A DNA stretch of 64,000 nucleotides from Desulfatiglandales bacterium (GCA_963667015.2 CAXXJJ010000004.1:3648001-3712000), one strand, 5' to 3'. Positions 51,094 to 63,042 are shown, counted from the first letter of the stretch. Made by a program: numbers and translations. The notes: generated from the sequence alone by a model not told the origin.

Positions 51094-51858
51094 CTATTTA
51101 TAATTTATTATCCCTAAAAAAGAATCTGCCTTGAGACTTGCGCCCCCAACCAGGGCGCCGTCAATATCAGCCCTGGACATCAGATCAGCTGCGTTATCGG
51201 GCTTTACGCTTCCGCCGTACAGAATTCTTATTTTATCAGAGCTTTCCTGATTAAAATTCTCCTTTAGCCAGTTTCTGATAAACAGGTGTACTTCCTGGGC
51301 CTGTTCCGGTGTTGCTGTAAGGCCCGTACCGATTGCCCAGACCGGTTCATAGGCAATTATTGTACTTGCCGGGATACTTCCTTTTGAGCTGAAACAGGCC
51401 AGGGATCCTTCAAGCTGTGCTCTGATGATATCAAAGGTTTTTCCGGCTTCTCTTTCTTCTATGGTCTCACCTATACATACAATGGGTATCAAATCTGCCT
51501 GGATGGCTGCTTCAACCTTTTTATTGACCATTTCACTTGACTCACCAAAAATGCTTCTTCTTTCCGAATGCCCCAGTATTACATGTGTACAGCCATTTTC
51601 AACAAGCATCTGAGGTGCGACTTCACCGGTATAGGCTCCGCTTGACTCGTAATGCATGTTCTGTGCTGACAATATAATACTGCTGCCTCCAATAGCGTCT
51701 TTTACAGCCGGAATATTTATAAAGGGGGGAGCAACAAGCACATCAACATTATTTACATTCTTTATTCCTTCCCCTATGGATTTTACCAGGCCGCATGATT
51801 CCTCTATCCCGAGGTTCATTTTCCAGTTTCCTGCAATCATTGGTGTCCGTCCAGACAT
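51094..51858 (-). CDS. tpiA: Triosephosphate isomerase
   Basis: AGNWKMN, GHSERR, AYEPVWAIGTG, LVGGASL. Confidence 0.98.
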   Translation of the reverse strand: MSGRTPMIAGNWKMNLGIEESCGLVKSIGEGIKNVNNVDVLVAPPFINIPAVKDAIGGSSIILSAQNMHYESSGAYTGEVAPQMLVENGCTHVILGHSERRSIFGESSEMVNKKVEAAIQADLIPIVCIGETIEEREAGKTFDIIRAQLEGSLACFSSKGSIPASTIIAYEPVWAIGTGLTATPEQAQEVHLFIRNWLKENFNQESSDKIRILYGGSVKPDNAADLMSRADIDGALVGGASLKADSFLGIINYK

Positions 51859-51930
51859 ATAACAACCTCCGTTCCCAAAAAGAATAAGCAGCACCCCTGA
51901 AAAGGAATGCTGCTTAGGTCCTTAAAACTC

Positions 51931-52965
<1,035 letters not shown>

Positions 52966-53088
52966 TTAAATAATAATATTGTGTTTATATAAAGGCCTTG
53001 TCAGGCCTACTTGAAATACATCTATTAAGAAGTCATATCAAGAGTAAAAAGAAAAAAACAGACATTAAACACTGAAACGCCTGAGGGA

Positions 53089-53571
53089 TCAGTAATTTGA
53101 TGCCTCTCCCAATTTTTTTCCAGCAAGATTAAGGACCATAATAACTGCATCCTCTCTGTTATCGCTGTAATAGGCCTTTCTGTGACCGGCTTCAATAAAA
53201 CCGAACTTTTTATATATAGATAATGCCGGGATATTTGACGGCCTGACCTCCAGCCATAAATTTTCTATCCCATCCGCAGCTCCTGCCTCAATAACATTTC
53301 GGAGTAAATTTTTTCCCAGCCCCATATTTCGGTTTTGCGCGTGAACCGCAAAATTTAGAATATGAATTTCTTTGTCGAACATCCAGAAGCAGATATATGC
53401 AAGCAGTCTTTTTTCGAGTATTATTGCCCATAGATTGGAGATACTGTTATTTATTTCTTCCTCGAATGCCTTTGCGCTCCATGGAACAGGAAACGAACTA
53501 TTTTCTATTTCTAATATCTGATCTTTAAATGATAAGAAGTCCGGCCATGCTTTTTTCAGGCTGTAGGTCAT
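53089..53571 (-). CDS. rimI: Ribosomal protein S18 alanine N-acetyltransferase
   Basis: PWS, HILNFAV, LEVRPSN, YYSDNREDA. Confidence 0.92.
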   Translation of the reverse strand: MTYSLKKAWPDFLSFKDQILEIENSSFPVPWSAKAFEEEINNSISNLWAIILEKRLLAYICFWMFDKEIHILNFAVHAQNRNMGLGKNLLRNVIEAGAADGIENLWLEVRPSNIPALSIYKKFGFIEAGHRKAYYSDNREDAVIMVLNLAGKKLGEASNY

Positions 53572-53593
53572 TATACCTCTGCCCCGAAGATTA

Positions 53594-53989
53594 TTATTTT
53601 AAAAGATGTCCGGCCAGGGAAATACCCGTTTTGGCAGCGTCACAGGCCTTTTTTGCCAGAGAGCTGAGTTCACACCCATTCCTGTTTTGGGCTATAGCAA
53701 GAACCATGGGAAGGTTAACACCTGTTATTACCTCTACCATCTCGTCCTTGAGAAAAGAGAGACTGATATTCGAAGGGGTGCCGCCAAACATATCAGTAAG
53801 AATTATTACTCCGCTCCCGTCATTCAGGGCGGATATTTTTTCTGCAATCAATTTGTGGATTTCCTCGGAATCGGATGTCTGGGTTATCGATATGGTATCA
53901 GCACCCTTAACACTGCCGACAATGAATTCCGCAGCACTGAGAAATTCCTTTCCAAGGTCACAATGAGTAACGATTAATAAACCTATCAT
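53594..53989 (-). CDS. PTS EIIA, mannose/fructose family
   Basis: IVTH, TDMFGGTPSN, GVNLPM. Confidence 0.92.
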   Translation of the reverse strand: MIGLLIVTHCDLGKEFLSAAEFIVGSVKGADTISITQTSDSEEIHKLIAEKISALNDGSGVIILTDMFGGTPSNISLSFLKDEMVEVITGVNLPMVLAIAQNRNGCELSSLAKKACDAAKTGISLAGHLLK

Positions 53990-54009
53990 GGCTAGTTCCG
54001 TATGTCCCT

Positions 54010-54471
54010 TTAGAGTTCTTCATCATCATGTGTTATTATTTTATATATTTCTTCTCTGGTTTCAGCCTCAATCAGCTGTTTTCGAAATGAGTTATTTTTT
54101 AATATCTTTGCAATCTTTGCAAGAGCCTTCAAATGGATATTTGCTGAGTCCTCAGGCGCTACCAGCAGAAAAAACAGATAAACCGGCTCGCCATCCATTG
54201 AATCAAAATGAAGGCCGTTGTCACTTCTGCCAAAAGAGATAACAGGTTCGCTGATTCCAGGGACCTTGCCATGAGGGATAGCAACCCCGTCACCAATACC
54301 AGTGCTTCCAAGCCTTTCTCTTTCAAGTAATATTTTAATAAGATCATCCTTTTTAAGGGAAGGACAAGACTCAACAATTACCCCGGCCAGCTCTTCAATA
54401 GCCGTATTTTTATTCCCTGCCTTCAGGGAGACAATTATGTTATTTAAATCTAAGATATCTGCAAGTTTCAT
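54010..54471 (-). CDS. ptsN: PTS EIIA-Ntr
   Basis: ERERLGSTGIGDGVAIPHGK; rpoN operon position. Confidence 0.9.
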   Translation of the reverse strand: MKLADILDLNNIIVSLKAGNKNTAIEELAGVIVESCPSLKKDDLIKILLERERLGSTGIGDGVAIPHGKVPGISEPVISFGRSDNGLHFDSMDGEPVYLFFLLVAPEDSANIHLKALAKIAKILKNNSFRKQLIEAETREEIYKIITHDDEEL

Positions 54472-54594
54472 AATATTAATTATACATTTTTGTTTACTTA
54501 AATCCTTAAAACAGGAAAGGGTAAATCCCTTTAAAGATGAGATATATACCCTTTCCCTGATAATTTATCAACAACGATGATTATTCATCATAAT

Positions 54595-55110
54595 TTAGCC
54601 GGCAGGCTCGATTATACCGAGATTTCCATCCTTTCGCTTGTAGATGACATTTATTTCACCTGATCGTGAATTCCTGAAGACAAGAAAGTCCTGCGGAGAC
54701 ATTGTAAACTGCATTGCCGCTTCTTCCTGGTCCATTGGCTTGGCGACCAGCTTTTCTACCTCTATAACCGGCTCATCTGCTGTAGAGTCAATTTCATCTG
54801 CCGGTCCGGCCCCTGATTTTGTTCGTCGGTTCCTTATCTTGTCCCTGTATCTTTTTACCTGTATTTCAATTTTATCCATTACCTGGTCAATGGCAGAATA
54901 CATATCCTCGGTTTCCTCTTCTGCCTTGATTACTGCTCCGTTAACATTCAGTGTGACATCGGCCATTCTTCTGAATTTTTCAGCAGTAAGCACAATATGC
55001 GCTTCAACGGGATAATCGAAATATTTATCTATCTTTGATATTTTATCTTCTGCATATTCTTTTAAACTTTCTGTTGATTCTACATGTCTGAACGTTACAG
55101 TAATGTCCAT
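54595..55110 (-). CDS. hpf: Ribosome hibernation promoting factor (long HPF/RaiA)
   Basis: DMYSAID, KPMDQEEA, NVIYKRKDG. Confidence 0.94.
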   Translation of the reverse strand: MDITVTFRHVESTESLKEYAEDKISKIDKYFDYPVEAHIVLTAEKFRRMADVTLNVNGAVIKAEEETEDMYSAIDQVMDKIEIQVKRYRDKIRNRRTKSGAGPADEIDSTADEPVIEVEKLVAKPMDQEEAAMQFTMSPQDFLVFRNSRSGEINVIYKRKDGNLGIIEPAG

Positions 55111-55224
55111 ATAAAACCTCCTGTAGAGTTAAAAAATAAAGTTTATGTGCCGGAAAAATGATCCTCGTTAAAATGTTATTTTTTCAATATCTGAATAACT
55201 GATCGTTTTAGATCAATATAATCA

Positions 55225-56673
55225 TTAAAATAACTCACGTCTTTTTCTGGAAGGCAAAATTCCCAAAGTTTCTCTATATTTTGCCACTGTCCTGCGGGCA
55301 ACATCGATATTATGGTTTTTTAAAAGATCAGCCACTTCCTGATCACTGAAAGGTTTACTTTTATTTTCCGATTTAATTATATTTCTTATATGCTCTTTCA
55401 CGCTCTCCGAGGCAATAGAATCGCCTTCCATACTGTTGATTGCACTGTTAAAAAAATATTTTAATTCAAAAACACCCTGGGGAGTGTGAACATATTTATT
55501 GGTTGTCACCCTGCTTATTGTGGATTCATGCATCTGTATATGCTCGGCAACATCCCTTAATACGAGCGGTTTAAGATGAGTGACTCCATGATCAAAAAAC
55601 TTTCTCTGAAACTGAACAATGCTCTCGGTTACCTTGTATATTGTTCTCTGCCTCTGATGTATGCTCTTTATCAGCCATGCCGCCGATTTCATCTTATCAA
55701 GGATATACTCCTTTGTTTTATCATCACTGTCAGCAGAGTCATTGTCACTTAGAATATCTTTGTAATAATTATTTATTTTCAGCTTGGGCAGCCCGTCTTC
55801 GTTGAGAACGATTTCATAATCATCCCCGACCTTAAAAACATAAATATCAGGACTTATGTAGATAGTGTCTTCTTCATTGTAGAGCCGACCCGGTTTGGGC
55901 TCCAGGTTGGTAATAATTTCAACGGCCTTCAGAACATCGGGGATTGTTATGGAAAGATTTTTTGCTATTTTGTCATATCTCTTGTTTTCCAGGCTGTCCA
56001 TGTGTTCCATTATGATTCTTTCAACCTCAGAACCTTCAAGATTCTGAAACCTGACCTGGATAAGAAGACATTCCCTTGTATCCCTGGCAGCAACTCCAAC
56101 CGGATCAAAGTTTTGTATTGCGTCAAGGGTGTACAAAACCTCTTCCTCTGAAGAACCGGTGGCCTCCATCAGCTCTTCAATTGTAATCTGGAGGTATCCG
56201 TCATCATCAATATTTCCGATGATCTGAAAACCAATTTCTCTCTGCTGATCATTCAGCTGGCTCATGGAAAGCTGCCACAAGAGGTGTGAACTAAGGCTTG
56301 TCCTCTCCTGGTTCATATTTTCAAAGGCAGGGGCGTCCTTGCCCTGATAGGGTGTATCAGCCCACCCGGTATTGTATTCCGACAGATATGATTCCCAGTC
56401 AACATCATCATGGTTGACATTTTCTTCAATGGTAATTTCCTTGGTTGGCTGTTCTTCAGATGAAGGAACGATCTCTTCCATGCTTTCGCTGCCATCACCG
56501 TCAGTATCTCCGGAGGCATGTTCATCCAGGAGGGGGTTTGTTTCCATTTCCTGAGTAATTGTTTCAAGCAGTTCGAGCCTGGAGAGCTGCAGCAGTTTAA
56601 TAGCTTGTTGCAGCTGTGGTGTCATAATGAGCTGCTGTGACAGACTGAGAGATTGTTTTAGTTGAAGAGCCAT
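55225..56673 (-). CDS. rpoN: RNA polymerase sigma-54 factor
   Basis: MTPQLQQAIKLLQL, HESTISR, RpoN box ARRTVAKYRE. Confidence 0.98.
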   Translation of the reverse strand: MALQLKQSLSLSQQLIMTPQLQQAIKLLQLSRLELLETITQEMETNPLLDEHASGDTDGDGSESMEEIVPSSEEQPTKEITIEENVNHDDVDWESYLSEYNTGWADTPYQGKDAPAFENMNQERTSLSSHLLWQLSMSQLNDQQREIGFQIIGNIDDDGYLQITIEELMEATGSSEEEVLYTLDAIQNFDPVGVAARDTRECLLIQVRFQNLEGSEVERIIMEHMDSLENKRYDKIAKNLSITIPDVLKAVEIITNLEPKPGRLYNEEDTIYISPDIYVFKVGDDYEIVLNEDGLPKLKINNYYKDILSDNDSADSDDKTKEYILDKMKSAAWLIKSIHQRQRTIYKVTESIVQFQRKFFDHGVTHLKPLVLRDVAEHIQMHESTISRVTTNKYVHTPQGVFELKYFFNSAINSMEGDSIASESVKEHIRNIIKSENKSKPFSDQEVADLLKNHNIDVARRTVAKYRETLGILPSRKRRELF

Positions 56674-56706
56674 TTGACCTTTATTTCTATTGCTTTATTG
56701 TTGTCG

Positions 56707-57441
56707 TTACATGTAAAAATCTTCACCCAGATAACAGCTCCTGGCAATCTTGCTGTTCAGGATATCTTCGGGTGACCCATATTCAACTATATTACCATGG
56801 TTGATTAAATATGCAGCATCACATACATCAAGCGTTTCCCTGACATTATGATCCGATATTATAATTCCTATTCCTCTCTCCTTCAGCCGCCTGATAATCT
56901 GTTTTATATCATTAATTATGAGAGGGTCAATCCCTGCAAAGGGTTCATCAAGCAGCATAAATCTCGGTTCAGATACAAGGGCCCGGGAAATTTCCAGTCT
57001 TCTTCTTTCTCCGCCTGAAAGAGAAGAGGCATTCTGCTTTGCCAGATGAGTTATGTCAAGTTCATCAAGATATGAATTCATCTTCTCCTTTATTCCTGCT
57101 GAAGTGTAGTTATTTCCTTCAATAACCGCGAGCATGTTTTCTTCGACAGTGAGTTTCCTGAAAACAGATGGTTCCTGCGGGAGGTAACTTATCCCTTTTC
57201 TTGCCCTTATGTACATCGGGTCAGCTGTAATGTCCTGGCCGTCAAGTATTATATGACCCTCATCAGGCCTTACACGGCCTATCATCATATAAAAACTGGT
57301 TGTCTTACCTGCACCGTTTGGACCAAGCAATCCTATGATAGAGCTTCGTTCAACACTTATATTGACTTTATTAACAACCCTTTTGCCTTTGTATATCTTG
57401 GCGATGTCCTTTGCTTCGAGCTTTTCAACCGGGATTGACAA
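56707..57441 (-). CDS. lptB: LPS export ABC ATPase LptB
   Basis: GPNGAGKTT, YLPQEPSVFR, LSGGERRR, DEPFAGIDP. Confidence 0.96.
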   Translation of the reverse strand: MSIPVEKLEAKDIAKIYKGKRVVNKVNISVERSSIIGLLGPNGAGKTTSFYMMIGRVRPDEGHIILDGQDITADPMYIRARKGISYLPQEPSVFRKLTVEENMLAVIEGNNYTSAGIKEKMNSYLDELDITHLAKQNASSLSGGERRRLEISRALVSEPRFMLLDEPFAGIDPLIINDIKQIIRRLKERGIGIIISDHNVRETLDVCDAAYLINHGNIVEYGSPEDILNSKIARSCYLGEDFYM

Positions 57442-57446
57442 GTTAT

Positions 57447-58007
57447 TTACCTTTCATCCCTGCCGGAATCGATCCTGATCTTTGCTTTTGCTTTATTTTC
57501 TTTAGTCCCCTGAACATGAAAACTTTCTTCCTTTATATTCAGAGTAATAACAGTCCCCGGCTCACCGCCTTCATATTTGTCACCGTACTTTATGTAAGGA
57601 TTGCCTGTCAAAACAATCTCTTCCGAATCTGGATAATATACTGCCTGATCAGCTGTAGCTTTACCTGTCTCGGACCCGGTAATTGTAATCACAACTGATT
57701 CGGCAGCAACAATCTTTTCTATATCAGGTTTGCTTTCTCCTCCGGATAAATCCTTGAGAGAGCCTTTAAAAAACAGCTCAAGCCTCTGACATTTCATATT
57801 TATGCCTTCACCCGAAACGTCCACATCCCCGGCAAACGCAAACACCGATTTTTTAAATTCAAGCTTATAGGAGACCGAGGTAATAATTATCTGTCCGTTT
57901 TTTGTTTCAAAAATACTCCTGGTTTTGCTGGTTTCCGGATAGACGTTCACCGAAAATAATAAGAGAAAAGTAATTAATGTGAGACAGATGCTTGGTTTCA
58001 GTTTCAT
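57447..58007 (-). CDS. lptA: LPS transport periplasmic protein LptA
   Basis: Signal peptide, OstA-like beta-jellyroll pattern, IVLTGNP; synteny. Confidence 0.8.
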   Translation of the reverse strand: MKLKPSICLTLITFLLLFSVNVYPETSKTRSIFETKNGQIIITSVSYKLEFKKSVFAFAGDVDVSGEGINMKCQRLELFFKGSLKDLSGGESKPDIEKIVAAESVVITITGSETGKATADQAVYYPDSEEIVLTGNPYIKYGDKYEGGEPGTVITLNIKEESFHVQGTKENKAKAKIRIDSGRDER

Positions 58008-58576
58008 AAATTTAAGGACTCTATATCAATTGTCGAATTTATATCTTTAAGTAATTCCAGTGTTTCCTTATTTAAATCCATAAACAAACCCTTGCCGGTC
58101 ATTGTAAAAAAAGGGCCAACAAAGGTTACTGTATCATCTGATTTTATAGTGCCTTCTTTATCATTAAGCAGCAACTGTTCTGTATAAACCATGTAGCCGT
58201 TACTGGTTTTCCCTTTAAGATCGCCGGAAAATATGATTTCGTCTTTTATTCTGTTAATCTCTCCGCTGTTCCCTTCCAGATCAAAATCAAGCCCATCTTC
58301 CGCATGTAATTTAATCCTGAATTTCTTAAACCGGCCAATCCCTTCTTTCAGTGAGCCGCCAGCTTCTTCAGCTTTCAGCTCCCACGTAACACCTTTATCG
58401 GGATCCAGCTGAATTGCCTCAAAATTTTTTGAGCTGAAATCCTCTGCTGGAGAGACTTCTTCGGAGATCAGCTCCTCCGGATCTTCCCCTCCGGATCTCA
58501 TCATAAAAAAGCCTATTGCTGTTAATAAAAGGGCAATCCCCAGTAATGGCAGTAATTTAATTGGGAGCTTGGCCAT
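58004..58576 (-). CDS. lptC: LPS export protein LptC
   Basis: N-terminal TM, WELKA, beta-rich; position between kdsC and lptA. Confidence 0.8.
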   Translation of the reverse strand: MAKLPIKLLPLLGIALLLTAIGFFMMRSGGEDPEELISEEVSPAEDFSSKNFEAIQLDPDKGVTWELKAEEAGGSLKEGIGRFKKFRIKLHAEDGLDFDLEGNSGEINRIKDEIIFSGDLKGKTSNGYMVYTEQLLLNDKEGTIKSDDTVTFVGPFFTMTGKGLFMDLNKETLELLKDINSTIDIESLNL

Positions 58577-58606
58577 ATTGCAATAATTATACCAGAAACA
58601 ATTTTA

Positions 58607-59143
58607 TTATGTAAAGCCTAATTTATTTTTTTCCTGTATTCCATTTATTTTGGGCCAGGCGCCCTTTGCCTTGAGGATTATCTCGCACATTTCCCTTACA
58701 GCACCATATCCTCCCGGTGCCTTTGTAACATAAAGGGCTGATTTTCGTGCTTCATATGCTGCATCTGCAACTGCGACCGGCAGACCGGCACAGTTAAACA
58801 TGGGTATATCCGGAAGATCATCTCCCATACAGCAGACCTCTTCTTTTTTAAGACCCTTTTCTTCCATTATCCTTTTACAAACTAATTCTTTATTCTTAAT
58901 CCCCTGATATACGATGGGAATTTCCAGGTCAGCTGCCCTGCGTTTAACAGTTTCAGATTCCCGTCCGGTAATTATTGCTACATCTATTCCGGCCTTCAAT
59001 AAAAGCCTGATACCATGACCATCTTTTACATTAAAAAATTTTATCTCCTGCCCCAGGTCGTTCATAACAATACGTCCGTCTGTCATTACTCCGTCGACAT
59101 CAAGTACGAGTATCTTAATTTTTTTTGCTTTCTCATCTATCAT
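58607..59143 (-). CDS. kdsC: KDO 8-phosphate phosphatase
   Basis: DVDGVMTDG, GDDLPD, GGYGAVRE. Confidence 0.95.
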   Translation of the reverse strand: MIDEKAKKIKILVLDVDGVMTDGRIVMNDLGQEIKFFNVKDGHGIRLLLKAGIDVAIITGRESETVKRRAADLEIPIVYQGIKNKELVCKRIMEEKGLKKEEVCCMGDDLPDIPMFNCAGLPVAVADAAYEARKSALYVTKAPGGYGAVREMCEIILKAKGAWPKINGIQEKNKLGFT

Positions 59144-59161
59144 CCTGGCTATCTCCGGACC

Positions 59162-59980
59162 TTAATTAACAAGACTGTGAATATCCTTGAGCAGTATCAA
59201 AAGCGGCTTAACCTGTTCAAGAGGCAGCGAATTCGGGCCGTCACACAGGGCTGAATCAGGATCAGGGTGCACCTCCATAAATACACCGCTGGCCCCGGCG
59301 GCAACCGATGCCCGGGCAAGATACTCCGCATACTCCCTCTGCCCCCCTGAGCTTGTACCATCGCCTCCCGGGAGCTGAACACTGTGGGTTGCATCAAAAA
59401 TCACAGGAAATCCGAAACTTTTCATTATGGGTATGCCCCTGAAATCGACAACAAGGTTATTATACCCAAAAAAGGTACCCCTTTCGGTAAGCATGATATT
59501 TTTATTGCCGGTTGAAAGGACCTTGTTAACGGCCTGCCTGAAATCAAGGGGGGAAACAAACTGGCCTTTTTTAATATTAACAGTCAAACCGGATTGACCC
59601 GCCTTAACAAGAAGATCTGTCTGCCTGCTTAAAAACGCCGGGATTTGCAGCACATCAAGCACTTCAGCAGCCTTGCCGACTTCTTCACAGCTGTGGATAT
59701 CCGAAAGCACGGGAAGCCCTGTCTCTTCCTTCACCTTATTGATAATCTCCAGCCCTTTTTCAATACCTGGACCCCTGTATGAAGTGACTGAAGTCCGGTT
59801 TGCCTTGTCATAGGATGTTTTAAATATGACCGGAATATCCAGCTTTTCGGATGTCTCCTTTAAAAAAGCTGCCACGCGCAGGGTAATATCTTCATTTTCG
59901 ATAACACAAGGGCCGGCGATAATAAAAAAAGGACCCTTTTCTTCAATTGCAATATTCCCTGCATAAACTGTGTTACCCAT
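59162..59980 (-). CDS. kdsA: KDO 8-phosphate synthase
   Basis: AGPCVIE, DKANRTS, QIPAFLSRQTDL, DATHSVQ. Confidence 0.97.
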   Translation of the reverse strand: MGNTVYAGNIAIEEKGPFFIIAGPCVIENEDITLRVAAFLKETSEKLDIPVIFKTSYDKANRTSVTSYRGPGIEKGLEIINKVKEETGLPVLSDIHSCEEVGKAAEVLDVLQIPAFLSRQTDLLVKAGQSGLTVNIKKGQFVSPLDFRQAVNKVLSTGNKNIMLTERGTFFGYNNLVVDFRGIPIMKSFGFPVIFDATHSVQLPGGDGTSSGGQREYAEYLARASVAAGASGVFMEVHPDPDSALCDGPNSLPLEQVKPLLILLKDIHSLVN

Positions 59981-60219
59981 AGTGTCCTCTCCGGTTAACA
60001 TTAGTGAAACATAGGCTGAATTATTTTAATAAAAAACCATATCCGGTTGTGAAAAATTTAATGCTTATAGAAAGGGTATTTAAATGTCAAGTAAACAACA
60101 TGCACACAAACTTTTACTTGTGCTATCTATGTTTTAGAACTATCATTACCCCCTTCTGTTCCTTGAAGGCAGATTTGAAATAAGCGTTAAATAAAAAGGC
60201 AAACCGGAGGTAGAACAAG

Positions 60220-61404
60220 GTGGCAAGAAAAAAAATAACCAGAACAATTGAAGAGATCAACAAAAAGATCAAGTCAGGAAAGGCTGTTGTTGTAAGGGCC
60301 GATGAAATGACAGAGATCGTAAAAGAGAAAGGTGCAAGCGCGGCAGCAGCGGAAATAGATGTTGTTACAACAGGAACCTTCTCTACAATGTGTTCTTCCG
60401 GCGCCTTTATCAATTTTGGACACACAAAACCTACAATGAAGGCATCAAAGGTCTGGTTTAACAATGTGCCGGCCTACGCAGGAATTGCCGCGGTAGACGT
60501 GTATCTCGGAGTAACTGAAGTGGCGGAGGATGACCCGCTTAACGGAGTTCATCCGGGGCAGTTCAAATACGGCGGAGGTCATGTTATCCAGGATCTCATT
60601 GCCGGAAAAAAGGTTACCCTTAAGGCAACATCCTATGGAACCGACTGCTATCCCAGGAAAGAATTTGAAAAACGGGTCAGGCTTTCTGATCTGCCTTCTG
60701 CAACACTCCTGAACCCAAGGAATGCTTATCAGAACTACAACTGTGCAGTGAACCTTACATCAAAAACCATATACACCTACATGGGTGTCTTGAAGCCCCA
60801 GGCAGGGAACGCAAATTATGCAACTGCTGGGTATCTCAGCCCCCTGTTCAACGATCCCTATTACCTGACAATGGGAATGGGTACCAGGATTTTTATTGGC
60901 GGTGCACAGGGATATATAATAGGCCCCGGGACACAGCACAACCCCGATGCAGCCAGAGGCAAAAATGGTGTTCCGCTATCCGGAGCAGGAACGCTCATGT
61001 TAATGGGAGACATGAAGGAGATGGATCCGAAATGGGTTACAGGGGTAAGTATACTTGGTTATGGCACATCGCTGGCACTGGGAGTAGGCGTCCCCATACC
61101 GATCCTTAATGAGGATATGGCCCGCTATACTGGTATATCTGATGAGGAGATTTTTACTCAGATAATAGACTACGGCGGCGAATATCCGACCGGAGAGACA
61201 AAAAGCCTGGGCAAGGTAAGCTATGCCCAGCTGAAAAGCGGAACAATAAAATTTAACGGGAAGGATATACCGACGGTTCCCGTCTCTTCACATGTAAGGG
61301 CACTGGAAGTGGCAGACATTTTAAAATCCTGGATTAAGAAAGGAGATTTTCTTCTTACACAACCTCAGGTCATGCTGCCCACAGCAAAACGATCCAGAAA
61401 ATAA
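60220..61404 (+). CDS. Homocysteine biosynthesis protein (DUF39; aspartate-semialdehyde sulfurtransferase-like)
   Basis: DVVTTGTFSTMCSSG, GTDCYPR, NPRNAYQNY, GTQHNP. Confidence 0.85.
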   Translation: MARKKITRTIEEINKKIKSGKAVVVRADEMTEIVKEKGASAAAAEIDVVTTGTFSTMCSSGAFINFGHTKPTMKASKVWFNNVPAYAGIAAVDVYLGVTEVAEDDPLNGVHPGQFKYGGGHVIQDLIAGKKVTLKATSYGTDCYPRKEFEKRVRLSDLPSATLLNPRNAYQNYNCAVNLTSKTIYTYMGVLKPQAGNANYATAGYLSPLFNDPYYLTMGMGTRIFIGGAQGYIIGPGTQHNPDAARGKNGVPLSGAGTLMLMGDMKEMDPKWVTGVSILGYGTSLALGVGVPIPILNEDMARYTGISDEEIFTQIIDYGGEYPTGETKSLGKVSYAQLKSGTIKFNGKDIPTVPVSSHVRALEVADILKSWIKKGDFLLTQPQVMLPTAKRSRK

Positions 61405-61443
61405 TACGCTCATACCTATGGGCATGCAAGGTCTGCTGGGCTT

Positions 61444-62208
61444 ATGATTATCAATGAAAGTTTTTCTGAGGGAAATTCCTTTATTCACAGGCTTGATCCA
61501 AGGATAAAATTACTGGCTGCATTTCTCTTTTCAGTTGTAATATCCGTTTCAAGCAGGGCTTTCCCTCTTTTATTTGCCTTTTTATTAGCCTTTACGCTCC
61601 TCATGACCGCCAGGCTTCCACTGAAAACCGTGTTGTTGCGACTTCTCTTTGCAAACCTGTTTATTCTTTTTTTGTGGGTATTCATTCCCTTTACCATGAA
61701 GGGGGAAGCGCTTATTCACCTTGGACCGCTTGCAGTAACAAAGGAAGGACTGCTTTACTGTCTTCTGTTAACCATAAAATCAAATTCGATATTGATCATC
61801 CTGATTGTCCTTACAGCCACCATGCCTGTGTTTACAATGGGCAGGGCAATGGGTTCTTTTGGAGTCCCGGCAAAGATAGTTAATCTCTTTATCTTTTCCT
61901 ACAGGTATATCCATGCTATTCTGCTTGAGTATAAAAGGTTAAAGGAGGCAATGGATATAAGAGGATTTCGCCCGAAAACAAATATGCATACATACAGGTC
62001 CTATGCCTATCTGGTCGGAATGCTCATAGTAAAAAGTCATGACCGTGCCGAGCGAGTTCATTCGGCAATGATCTGCAGGGGTTTTCAGGGGAAATTTTTT
62101 GACCTGACAGAATTTTCTGTTAAAGGAATAGATTTTTTATTTATTATAATTTTTATTATATGCCTTATGGCGATAGCACTTATTCAATGGCCGATACTGA
62201 TATCCTGA
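61444..62208 (+). CDS. cbiQ: ECF transporter T component CbiQ
   Basis: HRLDPRIK, YRYI, RAERVHSAMICRGF. Confidence 0.9.
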   Translation: MIINESFSEGNSFIHRLDPRIKLLAAFLFSVVISVSSRAFPLLFAFLLAFTLLMTARLPLKTVLLRLLFANLFILFLWVFIPFTMKGEALIHLGPLAVTKEGLLYCLLLTIKSNSILIILIVLTATMPVFTMGRAMGSFGVPAKIVNLFIFSYRYIHAILLEYKRLKEAMDIRGFRPKTNMHTYRSYAYLVGMLIVKSHDRAERVHSAMICRGFQGKFFDLTEFSVKGIDFLFIIIFIICLMAIALIQWPILIS

Positions 62209-62927
62209 TAAATCTTGAAAATATTTCATTTATTTACCCTGGCGGAAAAAGGGTCCTTGAAGAACTTGATCTGTGCCTTCATAAAAATGAAAGGCTTGGA
62301 CTGATCGGACCAAACGGAAGCGGGAAAACGACCCTGTTCAGATTGATCATGGGACTCTTAAAACCGACTTCAGGAAGGCTTACTATCTTTGGCAGGGAAA
62401 TGACCAGTAAAAAAGACTTTCTGCCGGCAAGACAACAGATCGGCCTGCTGTTTCAGGATGCAGATGACCAGTTGTTCAGCCCAACAGTACTGGATGATGT
62501 GGCGTTCGGGCCCTTGAACCAGGGGAAAAGTCCGAAAGAGGCAAAGGAAATTTCCAGGGATATACTTTCATCTCTGGGATTAAAGGATTTTGAGGACAGG
62601 GTAACATATAAACTCTCGGGAGGAGAAAAAAAGCTCGTATCTCTGGCTACAGTACTTGCAATGAAACCCAGAGTGCTGCTGCTTGATGAACCGACAACAG
62701 GCCTTGATGTTGAGACCACCCAAAAAATAATCCGCGTTCTGGAAGACATTGACGTATCAAGTATCATTATATCGCATGATATGGATTTTATCCGGCACAC
62801 AGCAGGAACTATCTATGGCATGGCCGGGGGTAAAATCCTTCCGGACAGGGGCGAATATGCCCACAGCCATGTTCATGTTCATGGTCACGGAGAGGTTCCC
62901 CATGTTCACTCGGATATTTCTGACTGA
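62187..62927 (+). CDS. cbiO: ECF transporter ATPase CbiO with His-rich tail
   Basis: GPNGSGKTT, FQDADDQLF, DVAFGP, LSGGEKK; HSHVHVHGH tail. Confidence 0.9.
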   Translation: MADTDILINLENISFIYPGGKRVLEELDLCLHKNERLGLIGPNGSGKTTLFRLIMGLLKPTSGRLTIFGREMTSKKDFLPARQQIGLLFQDADDQLFSPTVLDDVAFGPLNQGKSPKEAKEISRDILSSLGLKDFEDRVTYKLSGGEKKLVSLATVLAMKPRVLLLDEPTTGLDVETTQKIIRVLEDIDVSSIIISHDMDFIRHTAGTIYGMAGGKILPDRGEYAHSHVHVHGHGEVPHVHSDISD

Positions 62928-63042
62928 CAGGACAGGGTTACAAAGGCAGGGGATAAACCGCCGGTAATGGTCGGGGAATCTGTCCCATTTTTTAAAGGTC
63001 TTTCATCCCTGTAAATCCAGACAGTTATAGCCGGCATATTAC

